A DNA stretch of 64,000 nucleotides from positions 480,001 to 544,000 of the forward strand of contig OZ253442.1 of assembly GCA_965261085.1 (NCBI GenBank), given 5' to 3'. The DNA is from a bacterium (GTDB lineage: Bacteria > UBA8248). The position numbers and the translations under genes are program-made. Of this stretch, positions 35,195 to 43,526 are shown piece by piece. Numbering within the stretch: the first letter of the stretch is position 1; the number at the start of each line of letters is the position of its first letter. The notes under the pieces were generated by a model that saw nothing but the letters and a program-made list of their open reading frames with translations, made no database searches and was not told the DNA's origin.

Positions 35195-36370
35195 ATGCCC
35201 GAAGCACCCGCGAACACGAACTGGTTCACATACTTTCCCGAGGACTACCGCTGGTCGGCCGCCATCTGCGGCATGGTGTCGAGCGCGCAGTGGGGCGGGA
35301 CCGAAATCGGCGAAGTCGACAAGGTCTGCCGCCGCCTCTACAAGAGCCTGGGCGACGACGACTTGTGGTTCGACGAGTGGGACCGCATGGGCGACATCGT
35401 GCGGGATCTGGGCCGCGCCGCCGAGGAGAAAAACCAGAACCTCTCCGCCGCCTCCCACTACAAGCGCGCCACCTGCTACTACCAGATGGCCGAGCGCTTC
35501 AGAACGCCCAAGGACGAGCGTGCGCTGGCCACGTTCGAGAAATCACTCGATTGCTTCCGCCGCTTCGCCCGCCTGACGGACAGACCCAGAATCGAGGCCG
35601 TGGAGGTTCCCTTCGAGGGCGGAAAACACCTGCCCGGCTATCTGGTGCACGCCGAGAACACGAACGAGAGCAAACCCCCCGTCGTGGTCTTTTTCGACGG
35701 GCTCGACGTGAACAAGGAACTCCAGTACACGCGCGGCGTGGAAGACCTCGTGCGCCGGGGCATGAGCTGTCTGGTGATGGACGGCCCCGGCACGGGCGAG
35801 GCCATCCGCCTGCGCGAGATCTACCTGCGCCCCGATTACGAGGTCGCTGGCTCGGCCGCGCTCGATTACTTAGAATCCAGGGACGACGTGGACGCGAACC
35901 GCGCGGGCGTCATGGCCATCAGCCTGGGCGGCTACTACGCGCCGCGCATCGCCGGCATGGAGCCGCGCTACAAGGCGTGTCTCGCCTGGGGGGCGATTTG
36001 GGATTACTACGCCACCTGGAAAAAGCGCATCGACGCCTCCTTCAAGGCGGAACTCTCCGTTCCGGGCCATCACATCCAGTGGATACTGAACGCGGACTCG
36101 CTCGATGACGCCCTGGCCAAGCTAGACGGCTTCCGGCTCGACGGCGTCGTGCAGAAGATGCGGTGTCCGTTCCTCGTCACGCACGGGGAGGACGACAAGC
36201 AGATTCCCTTAGAAGACGCGCAAGCGCTCTATAACGCCGTCGGCTCGGAAGACAAGACGCTTAGGGTGTTCACCGTGGAAGAAGGCGGCGCCCAGCACTG
36301 CCAGCGCGACAACTACGCCATCGGCGCGACCTACATGTTCGACTGGCTCCAGGAGAAACTCTGCGGGTAG
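35195..36370 (+). CDS. Alpha/beta hydrolase, 2,6-dihydroxypseudooxynicotine hydrolase-like (paralog 1)
   Basis: FDGLDVNKE, DGPGTGE, GVMAISLGGYYAPR, HGEDD, QHCQ. Confidence 0.85.
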   Translation: MPEAPANTNWFTYFPEDYRWSAAICGMVSSAQWGGTEIGEVDKVCRRLYKSLGDDDLWFDEWDRMGDIVRDLGRAAEEKNQNLSAASHYKRATCYYQMAERFRTPKDERALATFEKSLDCFRRFARLTDRPRIEAVEVPFEGGKHLPGYLVHAENTNESKPPVVVFFDGLDVNKELQYTRGVEDLVRRGMSCLVMDGPGTGEAIRLREIYLRPDYEVAGSAALDYLESRDDVDANRAGVMAISLGGYYAPRIAGMEPRYKACLAWGAIWDYYATWKKRIDASFKAELSVPGHHIQWILNADSLDDALAKLDGFRLDGVVQKMRCPFLVTHGEDDKQIPLEDAQALYNAVGSEDKTLRVFTVEEGGAQHCQRDNYAIGATYMFDWLQEKLCG

Positions 36371-36482
36371 GAATGAGGTAACAGTCGTCATTTTTCTTTC
36401 TTTTAAGAGGCGAGCCTATCTAGGTTCTTCTAGATTGAAAGCACATCAGTTTTTTAACTGAGTCTCGGGAGCAATATGGTCC

Positions 36483-37106
36483 ATGTCTCTATCTCAAGCC
36501 ATTTCGCAAGCCAAAGACTTAGGAATATGGCTGCAAGAAAAAACAAACGGCAGAAACTTCGCTGTTGATAGAAGGGGAAAAGTGGCAGTAGCCCTCTTGC
36601 AGCACTCTTTGGATGTCGCCGACGCGATTATCATTTTAGCGACTAAACTGCCAGGACCTGCTTTGGCGCTTGCGAGGCCTCTATTGGAAAGTTTTGTTCG
36701 TGGTGTTTGGATGTTGAAGTGCGCGACTGATGAACAAATCGAGCGATTTGCCGAGGGGAACCCTCCAGGGTTTTCTGACTTATTACAGGCAATGAACGAT
36801 GACGACACAGCGAAAATTCATGCTTCTTGGATTCGCCAAAATATGGCAGCAAACAAAAAGTATTTTCACGATTTCACTCATGGCGGGATTAAACACGCCC
36901 TGCGGCGGATAGGCGAAACTGCGATTGAGCCAAACTATCCTGAACATGAACTGGAATACTTGGTAGGACTTGTAATCGAAACTTATATTCGCGTTGGTTA
37001 CGAGCTTTTTCTTTTTCTGGACGACAAAGAAGTAATTAAACAACTTGATGAAAAAATATCTACTCTTTCTCGCTCCCCTATCGAACAAGGTAATTCGCTG
37101 GAATAA
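36483..37106 (+). CDS. Hypothetical low-GC protein
   Basis: Full ORF; ALARPLLES and HDFTHGG motifs, reminiscent of HEPN-like accessory proteins. Confidence 0.7.
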   Translation: MSLSQAISQAKDLGIWLQEKTNGRNFAVDRRGKVAVALLQHSLDVADAIIILATKLPGPALALARPLLESFVRGVWMLKCATDEQIERFAEGNPPGFSDLLQAMNDDDTAKIHASWIRQNMAANKKYFHDFTHGGIKHALRRIGETAIEPNYPEHELEYLVGLVIETYIRVGYELFLFLDDKEVIKQLDEKISTLSRSPIEQGNSLE

Positions 37107-37166
37107 AAAAGGTCTTTATAGGGACAGGTCGCTGCGCTTACTGAGGGATGGCGAACAAATTGGAAC

Positions 37167-37333
37167 CACTCCCCCCTTGAGGGGGAGTCGCTGAAGCCGA
37201 GCGTTGTACGCGAAGGCTGATGCGGTGGGGGGAATGATTATCGAACGAAGCTCTCACAAAATAAAAAGTCCCCCCACCGGCGCGACTTCAGGCTTCGCCT
37301 TCGTCTTGCCGACTCCCCCTCAAGGGGGGAGTG
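37167..37333. mobile_element. MITE/REP-like element with perfect 24-bp terminal inverted repeats
   Basis: cactccccccttgagggggagtcg (37167-37190) and cgactccccctcaaggggggagtg (37310-37333). Confidence 0.8.
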
Positions 37334-37397
37334 ATTGGGGATGTGCCCAAATGAAGGCGATGAATCACGCGGACTCAAGATCCGCTTACAGCAGCCC

Positions 37398-38324
37398 ATG
37401 ACCCTCTTCCGCACCCACGTCATCGTCGACTGGTCGGCGCGCTCGACACCGAGCCCCGACCTTCCCGCCAAAGACGCCATCTGGTGGGCCGTCGCCCGGG
37501 ACGGCATTGTGGACGAACCCGCCTACGCCCGCACCCGCCACGACGCGGTGGAGCGCTTGGCCGCCCTCATTGCCGCAGAACTCGACGCCGCCCGCCAGGT
37601 ATTGATCGGTTTTGATTTTCCCTTCGGATACCCCGCCGGAGTCGCGGCGCACCTGACGGGCCAGGCCTCTGCCTTAGCACTCTGGAACTGGCTCGCAGTC
37701 CTCATCGAAGACGCCGGGGATAACACCAATAATCGTTTTGCAGTCGCGGAGGAGATCAACCGCGCCTATCCGGGGCTCGGGCCTTTCTGGGGCCGACCGG
37801 GAACCTGGCCATACCCGGAGGTGCCGACCCGCGAATCGAGCCGCACGGGCCGGGAGGCTCACCCTCCCGAGAGACGCATTGCCGATCGCCGCGCAATAGG
37901 AGCCAAGACCGTCTGGCAACTGTTCTACGCCGGGTCGGTCGGCTCACAGGTGCTACTGGGTCTCCCCGCTCTTAAACGCCTGATGGAGGACCCGCGCTTG
38001 AAAGGCCGTGCTGCCGTCTGGCCCTTCGATACAGGTCTCCGCGCGCCCCAAGCGCCCGCCGTGATCGCCGAAATCTATCCCTCCCTACTCAGGCGAGAGG
38101 TTAAAGAACGCAAGAATGAGGGCGAGATACCAGACGCCGCCCAGGTTCGCGTGAACGCGGAGGCCTTCGCCCGGCTCGATGCTCAGGAAGGGCTAGTCCC
38201 ATTGTTCCAAGGCGCTCCTTTTCTCGACGCCACCGAGCGCCGTATCATCGAAACCGAGGAAGCATGGATACTCGGCCTCGGCCATGAAAAGGAACTCAAA
38301 AAGGCGCTGGGCCAGTCTTGGTAG
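37398..38324 (+). CDS. DUF429-like predicted RNase H-fold nuclease
   Basis: IVDWSA, IGFDFPFGYP, AGSVGSQ, WPF, AEIYPS, EEAWILG. Confidence 0.7.
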   Translation: MTLFRTHVIVDWSARSTPSPDLPAKDAIWWAVARDGIVDEPAYARTRHDAVERLAALIAAELDAARQVLIGFDFPFGYPAGVAAHLTGQASALALWNWLAVLIEDAGDNTNNRFAVAEEINRAYPGLGPFWGRPGTWPYPEVPTRESSRTGREAHPPERRIADRRAIGAKTVWQLFYAGSVGSQVLLGLPALKRLMEDPRLKGRAAVWPFDTGLRAPQAPAVIAEIYPSLLRREVKERKNEGEIPDAAQVRVNAEAFARLDAQEGLVPLFQGAPFLDATERRIIETEEAWILGLGHEKELKKALGQSW

Positions 38325-38395
38325 GGCAATCCTTTCGGGTTGTCCTGCCGCCGTGGCTGCCCTTCGCAAGGACAGGCACGAGGACCTGTCCCTAC
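38321..38395. repeat. GTAG REP doublet
   Basis: gtagggcaatcctttcgggttgtcctgc ... aggacaggcacgaggacctgtccctac. Confidence 0.75.
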
Positions 38396-38500
38396 GATTT
38401 TACGATGTTTTGAAAAGAGCATGGATTTTAAACCTTCATGCCTGCGCTACAAACGTACGGTTTCATTCCGTGCTCACACCAATCTGATAGAGAGATGCCC

Positions 38501-38923
38501 TCACGCACCCGCCCACGGGTCTATCACATCAACCCCGGTTTCGGAGAAATCCCGGACGTTTCGCGTCGCCACGGCCATCCCGCGCGCGAGCGCGATCGCC
38601 GCGATCTGGCAATCCGACTGCGAGATCGGCCGTCCGGCAGCGCGGCGGGCGGCGGCAACCTCCGCATAGGCGCACGCCGCGCCGCTGTCAAACGGTAGAA
38701 CGCGGTCTGCGAACAAACTGCCGAGAGTTCGTTCGACGGCGTCCACAAGACCCCGGCGGCGTGCGCCTTCGGGCAAAAAAGCAATGCCGGTGCGGACTTC
38801 CGCCTCCGTAATCGCCGTCACGAACAATTCCCGGGATGGCTGGTTGTCCACCCAGGCAAGAACCTCCGGATTCGGGGAGACGAGCATCAAGTCGGACACC
38901 ACATTCGTATCGAGCAATACCAT
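38501..38923 (-). CDS. vapC: VapC/FitB PIN-domain toxin
   Basis: VLLDTNVVS, TAITEAE, DCQIAAIA, ATRNVRDF. Confidence 0.93.
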   Translation of the reverse strand: MVLLDTNVVSDLMLVSPNPEVLAWVDNQPSRELFVTAITEAEVRTGIAFLPEGARRRGLVDAVERTLGSLFADRVLPFDSGAACAYAEVAAARRAAGRPISQSDCQIAAIALARGMAVATRNVRDFSETGVDVIDPWAGA

Positions 38924-38932
38924 CGCCGCTCC

Positions 38933-39184
38933 TCAATCGAAGCGGGGCGGTTCGCGCATCGGCTCGCGCGGCGGCAACTCCAACTCAACGCCGCCTAAGG
39001 GCTTGAACCGTTCGTGGATCGCCGTGCCCAGACCATTCGCGGGCACTTCTTCCCGCCCGACGGCCTCGCGCAGGATCTGGCGCGCCTCTTCTTCCATCGA
39101 GCGACCTTTCTCCGCCGCCCGCATGCGAAGGCGGGTTTTCACGTCATCGTCGAGATTGCGGATCGTGATGCTCGCCATGCTCAT
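38933..39184 (-). CDS. FitA-like ribbon-helix-helix antitoxin
   Basis: MASITIRNLDDDVKTRLRMRAAEKGRSMEEEARQIL. Confidence 0.92.
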   Translation of the reverse strand: MSMASITIRNLDDDVKTRLRMRAAEKGRSMEEEARQILREAVGREEVPANGLGTAIHERFKPLGGVELELPPREPMREPPRFD

Positions 39185-39219
39185 GCCCTCCCTCTGCGAC
39201 GCATTCTACCCTACTCGAC

Positions 39220-39235
39220 GATTGCAATGCAATCA
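39220..39235. promoter_or_regulatory. Probable TA autoregulatory operator
   Basis: Inverted repeat gattgca-a-tgcaatc about 35 bp upstream of the antitoxin; TGCAATCA resembles the FitAB half-site TGCTATCA. Confidence 0.5.
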
Positions 39236-39598
39236 TCGAGTCAGGACACCCCCCGTGGTTACCTCTATAGTGAATGGTCGCGCTTACGATACCCTTACGG
39301 GAAATGGCAGCGCTTACGATAAATTGGCATCCGCTCAGCCGGGACACCCGGCCAAACCTCTCCGAGCCTTGGCGGCAGTACCGCGCTCAATTCGATAAAT
39401 GGTATCAATCCGCGGGAAAGGAACGCCTCTGGGAAGAGGCGCGGAAGTTGTGACGACGCAAGACCACTCCATTCAGCGGGTGAAGACGTATGCCGCGCCA
39501 GGGATTTTCGTGACACCATGAAGGTGATTGGTTTTACTGCTGATATGCTCACACAGTGGGTCTGTAGGTCGAGCTGAAAATCTTCCTGGATTTTGTCT

Positions 39599-39952
39599 CT
39601 ATTCTGTCGTTTCCGCCATCTTTCTCAAAGCCGGCAACAGGGCGGATATGTCTTCCTGAACGATGTTCCATATCAGGTCGCTATCAATCCCCAGGTATCC
39701 ATGAATAATGCGGTTACGCGCACCTATGATGGTTCGCCAAGGGATTTGCGGGTGGGCTTCCCGGATCGCATCCGGGATGTGGGTGGCCGCCTCGCCAATC
39801 AGTTCCAGATTTCGCAGGACCGCATCGTAAGTTCGTGAATCGGCGAGAAAATCAGATTGGTTCATTCCCTCCGTGTAGGCTTGAACCTTCTGGGAAAATT
39901 CGATCATGTCGTTCACGTATAGACGCCACTGCCGTTGTTCGGCGCTACACAC
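39599..39952 (-). CDS. HEPN toxin (DUF86/HepT)
   Basis: DAVLRNLELIGEAA, RNRIIHGY (RxxxxH). Confidence 0.92.
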   Translation of the reverse strand: MCSAEQRQWRLYVNDMIEFSQKVQAYTEGMNQSDFLADSRTYDAVLRNLELIGEAATHIPDAIREAHPQIPWRTIIGARNRIIHGYLGIDSDLIWNIVQEDISALLPALRKMAETTE

Positions 39953-40235
39953 GAACGGCTTCTTTCTCGATATACGGGCGCAACTCCGGACGCAGCGCCT
40001 TATCCGTCACCAGATCGACGGGGCGGCCCAGCAAATCCTCAAGGTAGAACTGGACGCCGAAAAATCGTTTGGACGTAGTGGGGCCGTCGAAGCGAACCAG
40101 AACGTCCACGTCGCTGTCGCTCGCCGCTTCATCACGGACAGTCGATCCGAAGAGCGCAATGTCGGCGACGCCGAACTGCTCCGCCAGTACGGACTTGTGC
40201 GCCCGCAACAGCGTCAGGGATTTGTCTTTATCCAT
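39945..40235 (-). CDS. MNT nucleotidyltransferase antitoxin
   Basis: LFGSTVRDEAASDSDVDVLV, LEDLLGRPVDLV; start at MDKDK. Confidence 0.92.
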   Translation of the reverse strand: MDKDKSLTLLRAHKSVLAEQFGVADIALFGSTVRDEAASDSDVDVLVRFDGPTTSKRFFGVQFYLEDLLGRPVDLVTDKALRPELRPYIEKEAVRV

Positions 40236-40527
40236 TGTATTCTCCGTCATCTTACGCTTACAAAATTTTCCACCTCTCAAAATACCGCGTCCCTCTCGCC
40301 CTGTCATCCGGCGTCTTGCAGCCACCTCCCCATTAACCGAACCTCTCCCCACCGGTGACGCAAAAACGATGCCGTGATATAAGTTTCGTAATTGGAACAA
40401 TGAAACGAGGAAGCACGAATTTCGAAGAAGTTCTGGATAAAAAAATCCGTTTTTCTCGATTTTCCCGCGCCACCCCTCAATAGATGCACGCACGATAACT
40501 TCTGATTTCCCGTAAGGAGAACGCCTC

Positions 40528-41712
40528 ATGGCAAAAGCCGCACAAGCCGTTCGCAAGGAACCATGGTTCGCATATTTTCCCAATGACTACCGCTGGTCCG
40601 CGGGGGTGAGCATCGCCTATTCCACGTCCTTCTGGGGATCGTCCACCATGGGCGAAGTCGACAGGGTCTGCCGGAAACTCAAGGGCAAGGAGGGGGACGA
40701 CGACGCCTGGTTCGATGAATGGGTGAGCGAGGCCGACAGGATGCGCTCTTTAGGCATGGCCGCCGCGCGGAAGAAGAACAATCTCTCCGCCGCCGCCTTC
40801 TTCAAGCGCGCGTGTTTCTACTACCAACTCGGCGAGCGGTTCAGGACGCCCAAGGACAAGGCGGCGAACGCCGCGTACCGTAAATCGCTGGACAGCTTCA
40901 AGCGCTTCGCCGCTCTCACGGACGCTCCGCGCATCGAGCACGTGGAAATTCCCTTCGAGGGCAAAAAGACGCTTCCCGGCATACTCGTTCACGCGCAGAA
41001 CACGAAAAAAAGAAAACCGCCCGTGGTGGTTTCTTTCGATGGTTTCGACGTTTCCAAGGAAATTCAATACATCATGGGCGCGGAAGACCTCGCGCGCCGG
41101 GGGATGAGCGTGCTGGCCGTGGATGCGCCCGGAAACGGAGAGGCCATCCGTTCGAGAAAACTCTACCTGCGCCACGACCATGAAGTCGCAGGCGCTGCGG
41201 CCCTCGATTATCTGGAGACGAGAACAGACGTGGACGCAAAGAGCGCCGGAGTCATGGCGATCAGCCTCGGCGGCTACTACGCGCCCAGAAACGCCAGCAT
41301 GGAGCACCGCTTCAAGGCGTGCGTGGCCTGGGGGGCGATTTGGGACTACCAGAAAGTCTGGCAAGACAGAATCGCCGCCGCCTACAAGACGGCCCTCTCG
41401 GTACCCGGCCATCACCTGACGTGGATTTTCAACTCCGATTCCACCGAGGAGTGCCTCGACATACTCGGGGACTTCAAGCTCGACGGCGTTGTGCAGAACA
41501 TGCGCTGCCCGTTTTTGCTGATTCACGGAGAAGGCGACCAGCAGATACCCGTAGCCGAGGCGCGCAAGCTCTTCAACGCCTCGGGCTCGAAGGACAAGAC
41601 CTTCCGAATCGTCAAGGGAACGGAAACAGGCTCCCAGCACTGCCAGATGGACAACGTGCCTCCCTATGCGCACGAGATTTTCGACTGGCTCAAACTGAAG
41701 CTGGGAGCGTAG
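40528..41712 (+). CDS. Alpha/beta hydrolase, 2,6-dihydroxypseudooxynicotine hydrolase-like (paralog 2)
   Basis: Collinear with 35195..36370; GVMAISLGGYYAPR, QHCQ. Confidence 0.85.
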   Translation: MAKAAQAVRKEPWFAYFPNDYRWSAGVSIAYSTSFWGSSTMGEVDRVCRKLKGKEGDDDAWFDEWVSEADRMRSLGMAAARKKNNLSAAAFFKRACFYYQLGERFRTPKDKAANAAYRKSLDSFKRFAALTDAPRIEHVEIPFEGKKTLPGILVHAQNTKKRKPPVVVSFDGFDVSKEIQYIMGAEDLARRGMSVLAVDAPGNGEAIRSRKLYLRHDHEVAGAAALDYLETRTDVDAKSAGVMAISLGGYYAPRNASMEHRFKACVAWGAIWDYQKVWQDRIAAAYKTALSVPGHHLTWIFNSDSTEECLDILGDFKLDGVVQNMRCPFLLIHGEGDQQIPVAEARKLFNASGSKDKTFRIVKGTETGSQHCQMDNVPPYAHEIFDWLKLKLGA

Positions 41713-41739
41713 CGGGACCGGACTCTCCTCCATTGCCCA

Positions 41740-41783
41740 CTGCGGCGTCCCGGCTCTCTCGCGAGAGAGTCGGGACGCCGCAG
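41740..41783. terminator. Long near-perfect hairpin
   Basis: ctgcggcgtcccggctctctc-gc-gagagagtcgggacgccgcag (21-bp stem, one G-U pair). Confidence 0.6.
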
Positions 41784-42293
41784 CAAACACCGTTTCAGCC
41801 GCTATTCTCGGCGGATGCGTCTTGCGTTCGCTTGACAACCCCCACCACAAGACTAACAATTTCAATACGTAATAGGGGCAGGCACGTACTGAAGCCGGCG
41901 GCGCGCGCCGCCGATTACTTCGGGGAGACGATATCGGATGCTGGAACCGAAACCGGCGGATGATCGTTCGGGCGGGTAGGTACGCCCAATCGCTCGAATC
42001 GCCGCCTCGGACGTGGGCGATGCGCTCGACGCCCTCGGTCGATCGGAAGCCGCACGAAGAAACAGGACACGCAACGCCCAGGCGTGCATGTCCCCTGTTC
42101 GCGGCGGCCCCCGAAGGCTGAATCCCGAGACGTCTCCCGCGCGGGCAACGCTGAAAACCAAGACCACAGGAGCAGACTCAAGCCGCATCATCGGCGCTCC
42201 CGGATGAATCGTCTTTCGGCGGAAAGTAAACGAAAGACGCGCGATTCGCCCGTTCCGCTTTGCCTCCCAACCTGCAATTCCCGGTGATCAGGT

Positions 42294-43526
42294 GTGGAGA
42301 GACTGAATCTGTTCCGAAAAAAAGCGCTCGAACGTCTCTCGACGCCCGAGCGGCTCGACCGCACCCTATCGGTGACCTCGGCCAAGGGGTGGCTCGCGCT
42401 GCTCACCCTGATCGCGATAATCGCCGCAACACTCCTCTGGTCGTTCAAGGGCGAGGTATCGAGCTACGTCACCGCCCCCGGCATGCTGATTAGGCGCGGG
42501 GGGGCGCTCGTGGCGGCGGCCGCTGAGCGGGTGGGCGCGGTGACCGGGCTGATGCACGGCGTCAACGATAAAGTGAAGAGAGGAGACGTTCTCGCCATAC
42601 TCCTCAACAAGGAGTTGAAAGAGCGCCTTCGCGCCACGCGGGACCTGGTGCGTGAGCGCACCGGGACGCTGGCGACGTTCAAGGCGGCGGAAAAAGCCGA
42701 AACCGCCCTGATGAGCAGGAACACCGCCAGGCAGTACGCGCGCCTGGCGGAGATGGAGCGCAGCGCCCGCCAGATGCTCGAAACCTACCGCAGAGCGTAT
42801 GAGGAGAGCATCGTCGCCAAAGAGGCTATCGAGCGCAGCCGACAGGCTTTCGACGACGCCCGGCGCGCGCTTTTCGGCATCCTGCGCGAGCGCGACGAAC
42901 TGGAATTTGCAGAACTTCAGCGCCGCAACCGGAGCGAGGCCAGAATCATCGAAAAGCAAGCGAGTCTCGAGGCGGCCAAACGCGAAGCGAGCAGGCTCGA
43001 AACCCTCATCGACACCCACCGGATTCTGGCTCCGGTCTCGGGCCGCATAGCCGAACTCAAGGTGAGTGTCGGCGCCGTGCTCAAGGCGGGCGATTCCCTG
43101 CTCAGCATCAAGACGGGAGAGGAGACGCTCGAGGCGCTCATCTACGTTCCGCCCGAGAAGGGGAAAGACGTCGCGCCCGGCATGGAGGTTCTGGTCTCTC
43201 CCGCCAACACGACGAAAGAAGAACACGGCTACGTACTCGGACGAGTAGGAGAAATTTCCGATCTGCCGGCGAGCCTCCAGGGCATGATCGCCACCCTGCA
43301 AAACCCCGAACTCGCGCGGAGGTTCTCTGCGAGCGGGCCGCCATACGCCGCCCGCGTCATCCTCGAGCCCGATCCGTCGACGGCCAGCGGCTTCGCGTGG
43401 ACCTCGCCCAAGGGCGAGAGCCGGACGCTTTCTTTCGGCACGCTGGTGAACGTCGAGATAAAGACCGAAAAGCGCGCGCCCATCACCCTCGTCGTCCCCT
43501 CGCTCAAGGAGGTGCTGCGGCCTTGA
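42294..43526 (+). CDS. NHLP bacteriocin system secretion protein (HlyD family)
   Basis: LFRKKALERLSTPERLD, GKDVAPGMEVLVSP..KEEHG, SGFAWTS, PITLVVP. Confidence 0.9.
   Translation: MERLNLFRKKALERLSTPERLDRTLSVTSAKGWLALLTLIAIIAATLLWSFKGEVSSYVTAPGMLIRRGGALVAAAAERVGAVTGLMHGVNDKVKRGDVLAILLNKELKERLRATRDLVRERTGTLATFKAAEKAETALMSRNTARQYARLAEMERSARQMLETYRRAYEESIVAKEAIERSRQAFDDARRALFGILRERDELEFAELQRRNRSEARIIEKQASLEAAKREASRLETLIDTHRILAPVSGRIAELKVSVGAVLKAGDSLLSIKTGEETLEALIYVPPEKGKDVAPGMEVLVSPANTTKEEHGYVLGRVGEISDLPASLQGMIATLQNPELARRFSASGPPYAARVILEPDPSTASGFAWTSPKGESRTLSFGTLVNVEIKTEKRAPITLVVPSLKEVLRP

Noticed and set aside
3590-36417. Identical 14-mer taagaggcgagcct at 3590 and 36404 as a possible att site
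   Set aside because: Several 14-mer matches are expected by chance in 64 kb; there is no integrase and no coherent element between them.
41870-42200. c-di-GMP or c-di-AMP riboswitch, or an NHLP precursor ORF
   Set aside because: The consensus elements could not be matched by eye and no ORF resembles an NHLP/Nif11 leader; kept only as an unexplained leader.
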